Shown piece after piece: positions 62,950 to 64,000 of a stretch of 64,000 nucleotides of DNA. Each line of letters starts with the position of its first letter. Position 1 is the first letter of the stretch. The stretch comes from a virus (Duplodnaviria > Heunggongvirae > Uroviricota > Caudoviricetes), in the IMG/VR virus record IMGVR_UViG_3300018430_000002. One strand, given 5' to 3'. The position numbers were made by a program, and so were the translations under genes. The notes beneath the pieces were generated by a model. The model was not told the origin of the DNA and did not search any database. It saw only the letters and a list, made by a program, of their open reading frames with translations.

Positions 62950-63449
62950 CGCACCTCTACAACTCCTTCATCATATGGGAATAAGTAGAAGCAATGATAA
63001 ACACCTTTGTCTTGCCAATTAGCCCAAATGGAGAAAGCACCATTAGTATCTTCTTCCATCATTTTTACTGGGCCAACACATTCAAATACGTCACACAAAT
63101 CCCGCCAGAAGAATTCGTCATATTCAGAACCATCCCAGTCCAAATGGAATAAAGTATAATAATTATTCTGATTACAAAGTAACATAAAATAATTAGCATA
63201 TCTATAACCATCGCCATCTTTTCCATTGAACCAATTCAAGAAATTTTCTTTCATTTGTTCTAGAGGCATATCGGGCATCTGCGCGACCATCATCTAATTA
63301 AGTTCATACAAAGATACTTCTACTTTTGGAGCTTCTTCACCTTCCGGCACTTCAAATGCTTTTTCCATGTTTCCTCGCTCTTTTAGTAGCTCCAGTAAAT
63401 TTTCGTACTCTTCGGGCTCAACATAGTAAGCGCCATTTTCTTCTCTCAT
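62946..63449 (-). CDS. Hypothetical phage protein (167 aa)
   Basis: The track ORF extends upstream through TAG (63294-63296) to ATG 63449 with an AGGAG RBS; YFMLLCNQNNYYTLF and FYLFPYDEGVVE motifs. Confidence 0.7.
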
Positions 63450-63478
63450 AAAGAATACTCCTTTTTCTCATTTTCTAC

Positions 63479-63507
63479 ATTATATCATAATTTTTTTTCT
63501 CTGTCAA
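63479..63507 (-). promoter_or_regulatory. Consensus sigmaA/sigma70 promoter
   Basis: Minus strand TTGACA (63507-63502), 17 nt ending TGA, TATAAT (63484-63479); overlaps the nrdG 3' end. Confidence 0.8.
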
Positions 63508-63973
63508 ATTTGTGGATGCGCTGATTAGAACTTCCACGAAGATATAATGTGACATCTCTTAACTCTTCTTCATATCGACCATCAATAAGATAATCAATAT
63601 TCTTCAAGATATAATCCATATGCGGATTACACATATCTTGTAATTCTTCTAAAGTATAACCACTCCAAATGTAAATTGGAGTATTTGGAGATTTTTCTGC
63701 TACTGTTTTTACCAAAAGAGTAGTAAGAAATAAATTCTCCTGACAAAGAGGTTCCCCGCCCAAGATACATAATGATCTATCAATATCTTGGGCGTGAAGC
63801 TTAACAATTAATTCATCTAGCAAAGTGGAGGGAAACTCCTTGCCTCCTTTAAAGTCCCAAGTTCCTGGATTATGACATCCAGGGCATCTATGAGGACATC
63901 CTTGTGTGTAGAATGATACGCATAAGCCATCACCGGCGGCAATATCATTCCATAATACATCAGCATATCTCAT
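63485..63973 (-). CDS. nrdG: Anaerobic ribonucleotide reductase activating protein
   Basis: QGCPHRCPGCHNPGTWDF, LGGEPL, IDGRY and LRGSSNQRI motifs. Confidence 0.92.
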   Translation of the reverse strand: MRYADVLWNDIAAGDGLCVSFYTQGCPHRCPGCHNPGTWDFKGGKEFPSTLLDELIVKLHAQDIDRSLCILGGEPLCQENLFLTTLLVKTVAEKSPNTPIYIWSGYTLEELQDMCNPHMDYILKNIDYLIDGRYEEELRDVTLYLRGSSNQRIHKFDREKKL

Positions 63974-64000
63974 GTTTCTTTCTCCTTTAAAGAAGGCTAA

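Noticed and set aside
63485..63973. Third radical SAM gene as part of the peptide-modifying cassette
   Set aside because: Its motifs and size match NrdG, and it lies on the other strand among nucleotide metabolism genes.
1..64000. Suppressor tRNA (CUA) or other RNA genes
   Set aside because: Intergenic gaps are short and mostly filled by terminators or promoters. No cloverleaf was recognised by eye; a covariance-model scan is needed to be sure.
1..64000. TAG as pyrrolysine or TGA recoding
   Set aside because: TAG aligns with Gln in paralogs and motifs and is far too frequent for pyrrolysine; TGA behaves as a true stop in ATGA overlaps.

Overview
AT-rich, gene-dense segment of a large tailed bacteriophage, probably infecting a Firmicute/Clostridia host (sigmaA-type promoters, AGGAGG ribosome-binding sites, peptidoglycan-binding endolysin). 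The phage appears to read TAG as glutamine (translation table 15). The supplied ORF fragments join in frame across TAG into long genes that end only in TAA/TGA, and TAG sits at conserved Gln positions. All CDS coordinates below are hand re-calls under that code. Plus strand 1-60787 carries the 3' part of a very large tape-measure gene and a ~41 kb tail/baseplate/fibre region, which includes a 2331-aa protein with a CotH-like kinase domain and LRRs, an LRR protein with variable inserted loops, and a GT2 glycosyltransferase. Next come a separately promoted cassette of two radical SAM/SPASM enzymes and two Tyr/His/Asn/Ser-rich repeat proteins (invisible in the standard code), a lysis module and a six-gene cassette of unknown function. 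Minus strand 60837-63973 carries a holin-like gene, a RuvC-like resolvase, dUTPase, hypotheticals and nrdG. The best candidate for an undescribed system is the radical SAM cassette at 50243-55108. Family assignments come from motifs recognised by eye; no searches were run.
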